A stretch of DNA of 64,000 bases, taken from an uncultured Flavobacteriales bacterium (GTDB lineage: Bacteria; Bacteroidota; Bacteroidia; Flavobacteriales_D; CAJJDF01). The notes beneath the pieces were generated by a model. That model was not told the origin of the DNA. It ran no database searches and worked only from the letters and a program-made list of their open reading frames with translations. Position 1 is the stretch's first letter. Every line of letters starts with the position of its first letter. This document shows, in pieces, positions 1 through 8,571 of this stretch. The translations under genes were made by a program, and so were the position numbers. The stretch lies in contig CAJJDF010000024.1 of the NCBI GenBank assembly GCA_905182785.1, positions 3,954 through 67,953 on the forward strand. Reading direction: 5' to 3'.

Positions 1-1204
1 CTAATCCTGTGGCCAGTATTAATGTATTTCTTAAAAACACAGTTTCTCCTAGTCCTTTGAAAACACCATCATAAGTAAAGGTTATTCCACTAATAAATTG
101 AGCAATAATTATGAGCCAATAAACGGAATAAAAATAGCCAGTTACCTCTTCGTTATTACTAAATATTCTTCCAATTACTGGATAAAGAGCCACAAAAACC
201 AAAGCCAAAAAGAGAGAAACTATTAAATTGTATTTTATTAAATCCTTAATAAGAAAAGTAAGGGATTTAAAATCTTTTTGTCCCAGTAATTTCCCGGAAA
301 TAGCATTACCCGCATTGGAAAAACCATCAATAAAAAAGAAAGAAAATACCCATAGATTTATCAAAATAGTGTGAGCTGCCAAGTAGTTTTCTCCATAAGA
401 AGTGGCGTATCTATTTGCAAAGAAAAAGGCTGTGTTAAGGGCAATTGTTCGTATTAGCATGTTTGCCGACATTCTTAGCATGTTCCCAAACTCATGGTTT
501 ACTTTTTTGAATTTTGGCAACAGACTAAATATTGTTTTTCGCTTCACAATTACAGTAATTACCACAAGCATGGTTACTTGCGAAAATACACTGGCCCAAG
601 CTACTCCTTCTATTCCCATGTTTGGTTTAAAATCACCAATTCCAAACACCAAAACATAATCTAACACTACATTTACCAGAGCACCGGCAATACTGGCTTT
701 CATTATCCACATGGTATTCTGGATTCCCCTAAAAACTCCAAATACGGTAAATACAATCATGGAAATTGGAAGTCCTATGATTCTTATTTTGAAATAAGTG
801 ATTGAATCCTCTAACAATTGGATTTGTTCAGGTTTTACTCCATAAAAATGTAAGAAAATATCTTCAGCAAAAAAGTAGGAAAGACCTCCAAGTACTAGCC
901 CTAAAGTTGCTCCAAAGAGTATGGTTTGCGGAACAAGCGTTTTTATCTGTTCCAACTTATCTGCGCCCATGTATCTAGAAATTATTGACGATATCGAGGT
1001 TCTAATTTGTGAAAGTGACCAAAGAAGCAACACGTAGAATCCTGACCCTAAACCAACTGCTGCTTGTGAGATCTCGGAGTTTTCTCCCAAGTTTCCAATT
1101 ATAGCAGTATCTACTAACCCAATAATTGGCTCTGCGATACCAGCAAAAATTGCTGGAATTGCCAAAATTCTTATTTCCCTAAAACTGATTTTTGATTTAT
1201 TCAC
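1..1204 (-). CDS. MATE-family efflux transporter (5' end present, 3' end runs off the window)
   Basis: Absent from the supplied ORF track because no stop lies inside the window. My hand translation of the minus strand from GTG 1204..1202 (in-frame TTG at 1210..1208) stays open to base 1: VNKSKISFREIRILAIPAIFAGIAEPIIGLVDTAIIGNLGENSEISQAAVGLGSGFYVLLLW...GIEGVAWASVFSQVTMLVV... It is a polytopic hydrophobic protein. The N-terminal pattern (AIPxxxxxxxxPxxxLVDTAIIGxLG) is typical of MATE/DinF-like transporters. Track ORF 402..659 is antisense inside it. Confidence 0.7.
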   Translation of the reverse strand, partial: MNKSKISFREIRILAIPAIFAGIAEPIIGLVDTAIIGNLGENSEISQAAVGLGSGFYVLLLWSLSQIRTSISSIISRYMGADKLEQIKTLVPQTILFGATLGLVLGGLSYFFAEDIFLHFYGVKPEQIQLLEDSITYFKIRIIGLPISMIVFTVFGVFRGIQNTMWIMKASIAGALVNVVLDYVLVFGIGDFKPNMGIEGVAWASVFSQVTMLVVITVIVKRKTIFSLLPKFKKVNHEFGNMLRMSANMLIRTIALNTAFFFANRYATSYGENYLAAHTILINLWVFSFFFIDGFSNAGNAISGKLLGQKDFKSLTFLIKDLIKYNLIVSLFLALVFVALYPVIGRIFSNNEEVTGYFYSVYWLIIIAQFISGITFTYDGVFKGLGETVFLRNTLILATGL

Positions 1205-1335
1205 GTGCAAAGATATGGTTTAATTGTAATACCAATAATTCAAAAGGTTATTTTTCATCCTCAATTAGCTGTTAATATATTTCCGTTTAAAGGGCTTTTT
1301 TGCTATTTTCGACAAACTGAAATTAAATCACTTTT

Positions 1336-1950
1336 ATGCACATAGCAATATCCGGGAATATAGGAGCAGGAAAAACAACACTGACGACTTTACTTGCAAA
1401 ACATTACAAATGGGAAACTCACTTTGAAGATGTTGAAAATAATCCTTATTTAAATGATTTTTATGAAGACATGCAAAGGTGGTCTTTCAATCTTCAAATT
1501 TTTTATTTGAATAGCCGTTTTACTCAAATTCAAGAAATAAAAAACAGTGAAAAAACGGTGATTCAGGACAGAACAATTTATGAAGATGCCTTTATTTTTG
1601 CTCCTAACTTACACAAAATGGGATTGATGAGCACCAAAGATTTCGAAAACTACTTTTCTCTTTTCAATCTTATGGAAAAATTTATTTCTGCACCCGATTT
1701 ATTAATTCACCTAAGAGCTAGTGTTCCTACCCTTGTAAATCAAATCTCACAAAGAGGAAGAGAATATGAGGAAAGCATTAGACTGGATTATTTGAAAAGA
1801 TTAAATGAAAGGTATGAATCTTGGATTAGTACTTACAGCAAAGGGAAAGTGATTATTGTGGATGTAGACAACAATAACTTCAAAGAAAACCCTGAGGACT
1901 TAGGAAAAATAATAAATGACATTGACGCAGAGATTAACGGACTGTTCTAA
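1336..1950 (+). CDS. deoxynucleoside kinase (dAK/dGK/dCK family)
   Basis: 204 aa with a P-loop at the N-terminus (ISGNIGAGKTTL). NPYLNDFYEDMQRWSFNLQIFYLNSRF and the DR(T/S)IYED motif are characteristic of bacterial deoxynucleoside kinases. Confidence 0.85.
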   Translation: MHIAISGNIGAGKTTLTTLLAKHYKWETHFEDVENNPYLNDFYEDMQRWSFNLQIFYLNSRFTQIQEIKNSEKTVIQDRTIYEDAFIFAPNLHKMGLMSTKDFENYFSLFNLMEKFISAPDLLIHLRASVPTLVNQISQRGREYEESIRLDYLKRLNERYESWISTYSKGKVIIVDVDNNNFKENPEDLGKIINDIDAEINGLF

Positions 1951-2022
1951 CTAAAAAAATCTAAGCATCTAATTAATAAACGCACTATATTTGCTGCTAA
2001 TCGTTCTTAATCAAAACAAAAA

Positions 2023-5000
2023 ATGAAAAAAACATTTCTTTTAATCCTATTATCAATAAGCACTCTAGGTTATTCTCAATTGCCAACAGATGGATTTTCT
2101 TCTATAGACAAAATACTGGAAAATACTATACAAATTGTTCCAAATTCACAATCGTCAATTCCAAAATATATAGAATTTAAAGATGGCTTTGCTCCTTCAT
2201 TAAATGAATTGATTCCTTTCTTAAATCATTATACAAAAAGTAATTTTACTTTAATTAAGACAGATAGAACTGAAGATCAACTTGGCTTTATTCACATAAA
2301 ATTTCAACAAGTAATAAATAACATTCCTTTGGAATTAAATTTTGTTGCTGTACACATTAAAAACGGAGTGATTAAAGCTATAAGTGGAAATTTAGAAAGT
2401 AACACTCCTTCTTCAAACACAGCAGTATTAACTGAGCAAAATGTATTGAATACCACATTAAATAAAATTGATGCTGACGAATACAAATGGGAAAGACCAG
2501 AAGAAGAAGCATACATCAAAGAATTTGAAAACAATCCAGAAGCAACTTTTTACCCTAAAGGAGAATTAGTTTACTTCTCTATAAATTCTTCATTAAGATT
2601 AGTTTATAAATTTAATATCTATGCACACAAACCAGTGAGCAGAGCTGATTATTACATGGATGCAATTACTGGAAAAATGTTGTTTAAAAACGACATAATA
2701 AAGCATGCTAATGCAACAGGGTCTGCAAATACTGGATATAGTGGGACAAGAGTAATAACTACAGACTCTACTTCTACAACTAATTATAGACTTAGGGAAA
2801 CAGGAAGAGGATTAGGGATTGAAACTTATGACTGTAATACTGGAACAAGTTATGGAGCTGCTGTAGATTTTACGGATAGCGACAACAACTGGACTTCTAC
2901 TGCAAATGACGATCAGTATGCTTTGGATGCACACTGGGGTGCAGAAATGACCTACGATTACTTTTGGAATGTTCATGCTAGAAACAGCATCAATGGTTCT
3001 GGATTTAAATTGGTGAGTTATGTTCATTACGATAACAATTATGTGAATGCATTTTGGGATGGAAGCAGAATGACTTACGGGGATGGAAACGGAACTTCAA
3101 CTTCACCATTAACAACAATGGCTGTTGCAGCTCACGAAATTACTCATGGATTAACTTCTAACACGGCAAACCTTGTTTATTCTTATGAATCTGGTGCACT
3201 TAACGAGTCATTCAGTGATATTTTTGGAGTTGCAATTGATTTTTGGTCTAGACCAACTGATGCTAACTGGCTAATGGGAGATGAAATATACACTTCGCCA
3301 GGTAGTTATTTTAGATCTATGTCTAATCCTAACGCAAAGAATGACCCTGATACTTATGGTGGAACTCATTACTATACTGGAACTGCAGATAACGGAGGTG
3401 TGCACACTAACAGTGGAGTTCAAAATTTTTGGTTTTACTTATTGGTAAATGGTGGGACAGGAACAAATGATAACATGGATGCTTATTCTGTTGCCCCACT
3501 AGGTTTTGATACTGCTTCTAGGATTGCTTTTAGAAATCTTACAGTTTATTTATCGAGAAATTCTCAACATAGTGATGCTCGTTTTTACGCAATAAAATCT
3601 GCTACTGATTTATATGGAGCTTGTTCTCCAGCTGTAATTGCTACAACAAATGCTTGGCATGCAGTTGGTGTTGGACCAGCTTATGTCTCAGGGGTACAAA
3701 GTGACTTTACTACATTAGACACAATAGGATGTCAAACTCCTCATACTGTAACTTTTACAAATACAAGTAATAACGCAACAGCTTTTATTTGGGATTTTGG
3801 AGACGGAAATACAAGTACAGCTGTTAATCCTACTCATACTTATACTGGTTACGGACCATACTCTGTAGAACTGTATGCAAATGGAGGAGCTTGTGGAGAC
3901 GATACTTTAATGAAGATTGCAAACATAAGTATAGATACAAACTTAGCTTGCCCAGTGATATTAGTTAAAAACACAACTACAACTTCTAATGATTGTTCAG
4001 GAACTTTATATGATGATGGTGGTGCATCTGGGGATTATTCTCCAAATCAAGATTCTTATATGAGAATTTCGCCTGGAGGAACAACAAATGTTGCACTTTA
4101 TTTCTCTCAATTTGATATAGAGTCTGGAGACCAAGGAGGAACAATTTGTAATTATGACTATTTAGAAGTTTATGATGGGACTAATACGTCCGCTCCATTA
4201 ATTGGGAAGTATTGCAACAATAATCCGCCTCCAGCTTCAGTATCTTCTACTAGTGGGAGTTTATTTATAAAATTTCATACTGATGGAGGTCTTGATTTAC
4301 AAGGATTTAAATTAGATTGGAGTTGTGAACCTAAAGCTGAATTTGATATTTCAAATAGTGACTTATGCATTAATTCTCTTATATCACCAACAAATAATTC
4401 AGTTAATGCAACCTCTTATAATTGGACAATGTTAGGAGCTACACCTTCTACATCTACATTACAAAATCCAAGTTTTTCTTATAGTTCGCCAGGTAATTAC
4501 ACAGTAAAACTTGTTATTTCTAATGGGCCTATTTCAGATTCAATCTCAAAAGTTTATACTATAAAAAACAATTGCTCTACTATTTTAATTGCAAATGATT
4601 CAATCGGATTGACGAGCTGCAGAGGAAAAGTAATAGATGATGGAGGTTTGACAGGAGATTATTCTGCAAACCAAACAACAACTTTTACTATTGCTCCTCC
4701 TGGTGCTGGAAGTTTAACATTAACTTTCAATACTTTTGATGTAGAAGCAGATAATTGTATTTATGATAATATGATGATTTATGATGGGATTTCTACAAAT
4801 TCACCATTGTTAGGAAAGTATTGTAATTCTAGTTTGCCGCCAAATCCACTTACTTCATCTGGAGGAGCAATAACACTTAAGTTTTTTGCTGACCCTGGTT
4901 TAGAACTTTCAGGTTTTGATATCGATTGGCAATGTTCATCTGTAGGAATAGATGAAATAAATAAAATTAGTAAAATCAATATCTACCCTAATCCATCAAA

Positions 5001-5205
5001 CGATTATGTGAATATTGAAGTTGGTTTTACGAATGCAAGTAAAATGGATCTTAAAGTAATAGACTTACTTGGAAAAGTAATCTATGAAAATAATTCAGAC
5101 ACAAAAGCAATTCAGTTTACAGATAGAATTAATGTTTCTAAACTAGCTGTTGGAACTTACATTATCTATGTAAATAACGAAGCGCATAAGTTTATTAAGC
5201 AATAA
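2023..5205 (+). CDS. secreted M4 (thermolysin-like) zinc metalloprotease with PKD-like and CUB-like modules and a T9SS C-terminal sorting domain
   Basis: Signal peptide present. HEITH zinc motif at 3133..3147 and the downstream GALNESFSD glutamate (3205..3207) together form the M4 signature. PKD-like segments (FIWDFGDGNTS...; YNWTMLGATPS...). Two CUB-like modules (3994..4935). C-terminal NIYPNPSNDYVNIEV...GTYIIYV is a type A T9SS CTD. Confidence 0.9.
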   Translation: MKKTFLLILLSISTLGYSQLPTDGFSSIDKILENTIQIVPNSQSSIPKYIEFKDGFAPSLNELIPFLNHYTKSNFTLIKTDRTEDQLGFIHIKFQQVINNIPLELNFVAVHIKNGVIKAISGNLESNTPSSNTAVLTEQNVLNTTLNKIDADEYKWERPEEEAYIKEFENNPEATFYPKGELVYFSINSSLRLVYKFNIYAHKPVSRADYYMDAITGKMLFKNDIIKHANATGSANTGYSGTRVITTDSTSTTNYRLRETGRGLGIETYDCNTGTSYGAAVDFTDSDNNWTSTANDDQYALDAHWGAEMTYDYFWNVHARNSINGSGFKLVSYVHYDNNYVNAFWDGSRMTYGDGNGTSTSPLTTMAVAAHEITHGLTSNTANLVYSYESGALNESFSDIFGVAIDFWSRPTDANWLMGDEIYTSPGSYFRSMSNPNAKNDPDTYGGTHYYTGTADNGGVHTNSGVQNFWFYLLVNGGTGTNDNMDAYSVAPLGFDTASRIAFRNLTVYLSRNSQHSDARFYAIKSATDLYGACSPAVIATTNAWHAVGVGPAYVSGVQSDFTTLDTIGCQTPHTVTFTNTSNNATAFIWDFGDGNTSTAVNPTHTYTGYGPYSVELYANGGACGDDTLMKIANISIDTNLACPVILVKNTTTTSNDCSGTLYDDGGASGDYSPNQDSYMRISPGGTTNVALYFSQFDIESGDQGGTICNYDYLEVYDGTNTSAPLIGKYCNNNPPPASVSSTSGSLFIKFHTDGGLDLQGFKLDWSCEPKAEFDISNSDLCINSLISPTNNSVNATSYNWTMLGATPSTSTLQNPSFSYSSPGNYTVKLVISNGPISDSISKVYTIKNNCSTILIANDSIGLTSCRGKVIDDGGLTGDYSANQTTTFTIAPPGAGSLTLTFNTFDVEADNCIYDNMMIYDGISTNSPLLGKYCNSSLPPNPLTSSGGAITLKFFADPGLELSGFDIDWQCSSVGIDEINKISKINIYPNPSNDYVNIEVGFTNASKMDLKVIDLLGKVIYENNSDTKAIQFTDRINVSKLAVGTYIIYVNNEAHKFIKQ

Positions 5206-5224
5206 AAAGCAAATTATTGATTAT

Positions 5225-5262
5225 AAAAAAGGCTTTCATTATTAATGAAAGCCTTTTTTTTT
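5225..5262. terminator. bidirectional rho-independent terminator between the convergent M4 protease and scoB genes
   Basis: Stem ggctttcatt (5231..5240) pairs with aatgaaagcc (5244..5253). It is flanked by an A-run (5225..5230) and a 9-nt T-run (5254..5262). Confidence 0.65.
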
Positions 5263-5281
5263 GTAATCTATGTTTTACTAG

Positions 5282-5331
5282 ATTCTCGTGAAATATTCTT
5301 TTTGAGATTCCGTGTCGAAGCACGGAATGAC
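5282..5331. repeat. short intergenic repeat element, copy 1 (with an 8-bp hairpin)
   Basis: ATTCT..TGAAATATTCTTTTTGAGAT..hairpin..AATGAC. The 20-nt core at 5289..5308 matches 15631..15650 at 19/20 positions. Hairpin arms attccgtg (5307..5314) and cacggaat (5321..5328). Confidence 0.6.
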
Positions 5332-5354
5332 AGATGAAGAAAAACTGAATAAAA

Positions 5355-6008
5355 CTACAACACCATTTCAGGAATATCTCCCTCAGTAATTAAAGTTCCT
5401 TCTGTTGCATTCTGAATTTCTTCTACAGAAACTCCTGGAGCTCTCTCTAGCAGTTTAAATCCTTTATTCGTTACTTCTAATACTGCAAGGTTGGTTACAA
5501 TTTTTTTCACACACCCAACTCCGGTTAATGGCAGTGAACACTTTTTTAGTAATTTGGATTCTCCTTTTCTATTCGTGTGCATCATGGCAACAATGATATT
5601 CTCGGCTGAAGCAACTAAATCCATAGCTCCTCCCATTCCTTTTACCATTTTACCTGGGATTTTCCAATTTGCAATATCTCCATTTTGAGATACTTCCATT
5701 GCCCCTAAAACAGTCAGTTGAACATGTTGCCCTCTAATCATAGCAAAACTCATGGCAGAGTCGAAAAAAACAGCTCCTGGCAATGCCGTTATAGTTTGTT
5801 TACCTGCATTTATTAAATCAGCATCTTCTTCCCCATCAAAAGGAAAAGGACCCATTCCTAAAATTCCATTCTCTGATTGGAACTCTACGTCAACACCCTC
5901 TGGAATGTAATTGGCAACCAAAGTAGGAATGCCAATCCCTAAATTAACGTACCATCCATTTTGTAACTCCTGTGCAATTCTTTTTGCTATTCCTATTTTG
6001 TCTAACAT
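5355..6008 (-). CDS. scoB: 3-oxoacid (succinyl-CoA:acetoacetate) CoA-transferase subunit B
   Basis: 217 aa. RIAQELQNGWYVNLGIGIPTLVANYIP...SENGILGMGP is the conserved subunit-B core, including the SENG catalytic-glutamate motif. Confidence 0.85.
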   Translation of the reverse strand: MLDKIGIAKRIAQELQNGWYVNLGIGIPTLVANYIPEGVDVEFQSENGILGMGPFPFDGEEDADLINAGKQTITALPGAVFFDSAMSFAMIRGQHVQLTVLGAMEVSQNGDIANWKIPGKMVKGMGGAMDLVASAENIIVAMMHTNRKGESKLLKKCSLPLTGVGCVKKIVTNLAVLEVTNKGFKLLERAPGVSVEEIQNATEGTLITEGDIPEMVL

Positions 6009-6023
6009 AATATTATTCTAAGT

Positions 6024-7862
6024 TTATTTTTCTTGATAGTATGAGATTTGAATATCATCTATCAAAACACTTTTACCCCCTCCATACCAAAAATAAGTTT
6101 GCAGTATATCTTTCCTATTTCTAATGTATGGTGTAAGGTAATAATAAGTGTAATTTTTCCATTTGTTTATTTCGAAATTTTTGTGTTCCGCAATATCTTC
6201 GGCAGTATATCCATAATTTTTTCCATTCTTATTCCTCTTAATATCCATAACTATTCTTGTCTTCGAATTCGAATCTGAGACTTTAGCTTTGAATGAAATG
6301 GATACCCAAATTACTTCTTTGTCAGTTATCTCAGAATACGGTTTTTGCCATTCATTAAAGTATATCTCTCCCAATTCGTTTCCTACTTTCAAAAATTTAT
6401 TAGATCCATTTTGCTTTATACTTTTTCCTAATCTATGCTTTTCAAAATCTTCCTGATGCAATACTTTATTTAAAAACTGATAGCTTTCTTGTGCTTCTTC
6501 AAAGCTTAAATTTCTGTCATAAGACAACAAAGGCTCTAGCTTATTTTTATCAAATTCTGTTTTTCCAAACACTGCTTTGTAGGCTGTAAATGTCATTCTA
6601 TCGCCATGAATTATTCCTTTTTTTGATTGGTACAATTGAAATAAATTCAATCCAATTAGAAATAGAATTAAGGAACCAAAAACTATTTTCTTTAATCCAT
6701 TAAATTTAAAATAAGCTTGAACAAAAAAGGCTAAAATTAGAGCTAATACGGCATAAGATTGCACGAAGGCTCTTTGGCTAAAACTCTGAGCATACCACCA
6801 ACAAGTCCAACTGGAAACTAGGTATAAATTAACAGCTGTAAAAATGGCTAACGACCAAAAGTACTTTGGTTTTTCCTTTTTTAAAAAATAGAATCCTGCA
6901 AATGCAAAAACTATTATTGGAGTATAAATAAACCATCCCTTTTTAAAACTAAACAACACCTCAATAAGATGAGGAAATAATAAATCGAGCCCTTCTCCTG
7001 GGTTTTGGTAGGAGTTGTAAATAAAATGTCCGGCATATAATTTCCAATATAGCATTTGAATAAAAACGACAGCAACTCCAGTTGCAACTGCAATTAATAA
7101 ATTACGGAGATGATTTCGTCCTATATCAATTACTTTTTCTTTGAAAGAAGACCAATTCTTTACTTCCCAAAACAAAGGAATAAATAAACTGATAATTTCT
7201 ATAGGACGGCAAATTGTGGCTAGTCCAATAAAAGCTCCTAGTAAAATTGAATTGCCTACACTTTTATTTTTATGCCATTTAATCGTATACAATATAATTA
7301 GAGTGTAAAGGAAAAATAATAAAGTGTGAGGCATTGCAGTATTAACTGTTGCTTGATGAATGAAGTTCGTTCCAAGACAAATTATAACAACAGTTATTGC
7401 CACAACTTTGTCAGAAAACCAATTCAATAATATTTTTCTTAAAAGAAATAAAGAAGAAGCAATATAAAACAAACAACCCGAAACAATGGCTATTTGGTAA
7501 GGCAATGAAAATCCATTTTGGAAGTAGCCGCCCAATTTTGCAACCCAATGTCCAATAAAATAAAAAGGAGAAAGTAGAACTGCAAGCCCTGAGGGGTATC
7601 GAATTAACCAATTCCCTGTTTCTGATTTATGGATTTGATAAAAGGAAGTGGAAATAAATTGTTCTTGTTGTAAGTTTTCAATGACAGAGAAATCTTGCAT
7701 TCCCAAATCTTGGTGAATGAAAGCCATTGGAAGATACAAATAATAACCAAACGTATCCCATACAAATGGGTTTGGCCAGCCATTTAAAAACGGATAAGAT
7801 ACTATATAAATGGCTATTGCAACTACAGCAAAAAGAGATATTTTGTTTTTGCCAAACTGCAA
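6024..7862 (-). CDS. polytopic membrane protein, GT-C/ArnT-like putative glycosyltransferase with a soluble C-terminal domain
   Basis: 612 aa. There are about 12 hydrophobic segments over the first ~400 aa, then a ~200-aa hydrophilic tail. The general layout resembles family-39/ArnT-type membrane glycosyltransferases. No specific catalytic motif was verified. Confidence 0.4.
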   Translation of the reverse strand: MQFGKNKISLFAVVAIAIYIVSYPFLNGWPNPFVWDTFGYYLYLPMAFIHQDLGMQDFSVIENLQQEQFISTSFYQIHKSETGNWLIRYPSGLAVLLSPFYFIGHWVAKLGGYFQNGFSLPYQIAIVSGCLFYIASSLFLLRKILLNWFSDKVVAITVVIICLGTNFIHQATVNTAMPHTLLFFLYTLIILYTIKWHKNKSVGNSILLGAFIGLATICRPIEIISLFIPLFWEVKNWSSFKEKVIDIGRNHLRNLLIAVATGVAVVFIQMLYWKLYAGHFIYNSYQNPGEGLDLLFPHLIEVLFSFKKGWFIYTPIIVFAFAGFYFLKKEKPKYFWSLAIFTAVNLYLVSSWTCWWYAQSFSQRAFVQSYAVLALILAFFVQAYFKFNGLKKIVFGSLILFLIGLNLFQLYQSKKGIIHGDRMTFTAYKAVFGKTEFDKNKLEPLLSYDRNLSFEEAQESYQFLNKVLHQEDFEKHRLGKSIKQNGSNKFLKVGNELGEIYFNEWQKPYSEITDKEVIWVSISFKAKVSDSNSKTRIVMDIKRNKNGKNYGYTAEDIAEHKNFEINKWKNYTYYYLTPYIRNRKDILQTYFWYGGGKSVLIDDIQISYYQEK

Positions 7863-7863
7863 A

Positions 7864-8571
7864 TTAAGACTTTGTTCTTACCGTTCTTTGCTCAATTCTT
7901 TTTTCGTACCCTGATCCTTGAAAAATTCTTTGTACAAATATTCCTGGAGTATGAATTTCATTTGGATTTAATTCTCCTACCTCAACCAATTCTTCTACCT
8001 CTGCAATGGTAATTGTTCCTGCCATTGCCATCATTGGGTTGAAATTACGGGCTGTTCCTTTAAAAATTAAATTTCCTGCTGTGTCTCCTTTCCATGCTTT
8101 TACTATAGCAAAATCTGCTGTTAAAGCCAATTCCAAAATATGTGGTTTCCCGTTAAATTCTCTCACTTCTTTTCCTTCGGCAACTTCGGTACCATATCCA
8201 GCTGGAGTGAAAAATGCTGGAATTCCTGCACCTCCCGCTCTGCATCTTTCTGCCAAAGAACCTTGAGGAATTAAATCCACTTCTAGTTCTCCACTTAGCA
8301 TTTGCCTTTCAAATTCATCATTCTCTCCTACGTAGGAAGAAATCATTTTTTTGATTTGTCTCTTTTGCAACAAAAGTCCCAATCCAAAATCATCTACTCC
8401 TGCATTGTTGGCAATACAAGTCAATCCTGTTACATTCAATTTCACCAACTCCGAAATTGAATTTTCTGGAATTCCACACAGTCCAAATCCTCCCAACATA
8501 AGAGTCATTCCATCCTTTATTCCTGCTGTTGCTTCTTCTACGTTATTTACTGTTTTATTCATAGTATTCAA
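7864..8571 (-). CDS. scoA: 3-oxoacid CoA-transferase subunit A
   Basis: 235 aa. [19 protein letters not shown]...[13 protein letters not shown]...[35 protein letters not shown] is the canonical subunit-A sequence. Confidence 0.85.
   Translation of the reverse strand: MNTMNKTVNNVEEATAGIKDGMTLMLGGFGLCGIPENSISELVKLNVTGLTCIANNAGVDDFGLGLLLQKRQIKKMISSYVGENDEFERQMLSGELEVDLIPQGSLAERCRAGGAGIPAFFTPAGYGTEVAEGKEVREFNGKPHILELALTADFAIVKAWKGDTAGNLIFKGTARNFNPMMAMAGTITIAEVEELVEVGELNPNEIHTPGIFVQRIFQGSGYEKRIEQRTVRTKS

Noticed and set aside
402-659. Track ORF (85 aa, plus strand)
   Set aside because: It lies entirely antisense within the open minus-strand MATE reading frame (1..1204), and its sequence is low-complexity and hydrophobic. 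I treat it as a shadow ORF.
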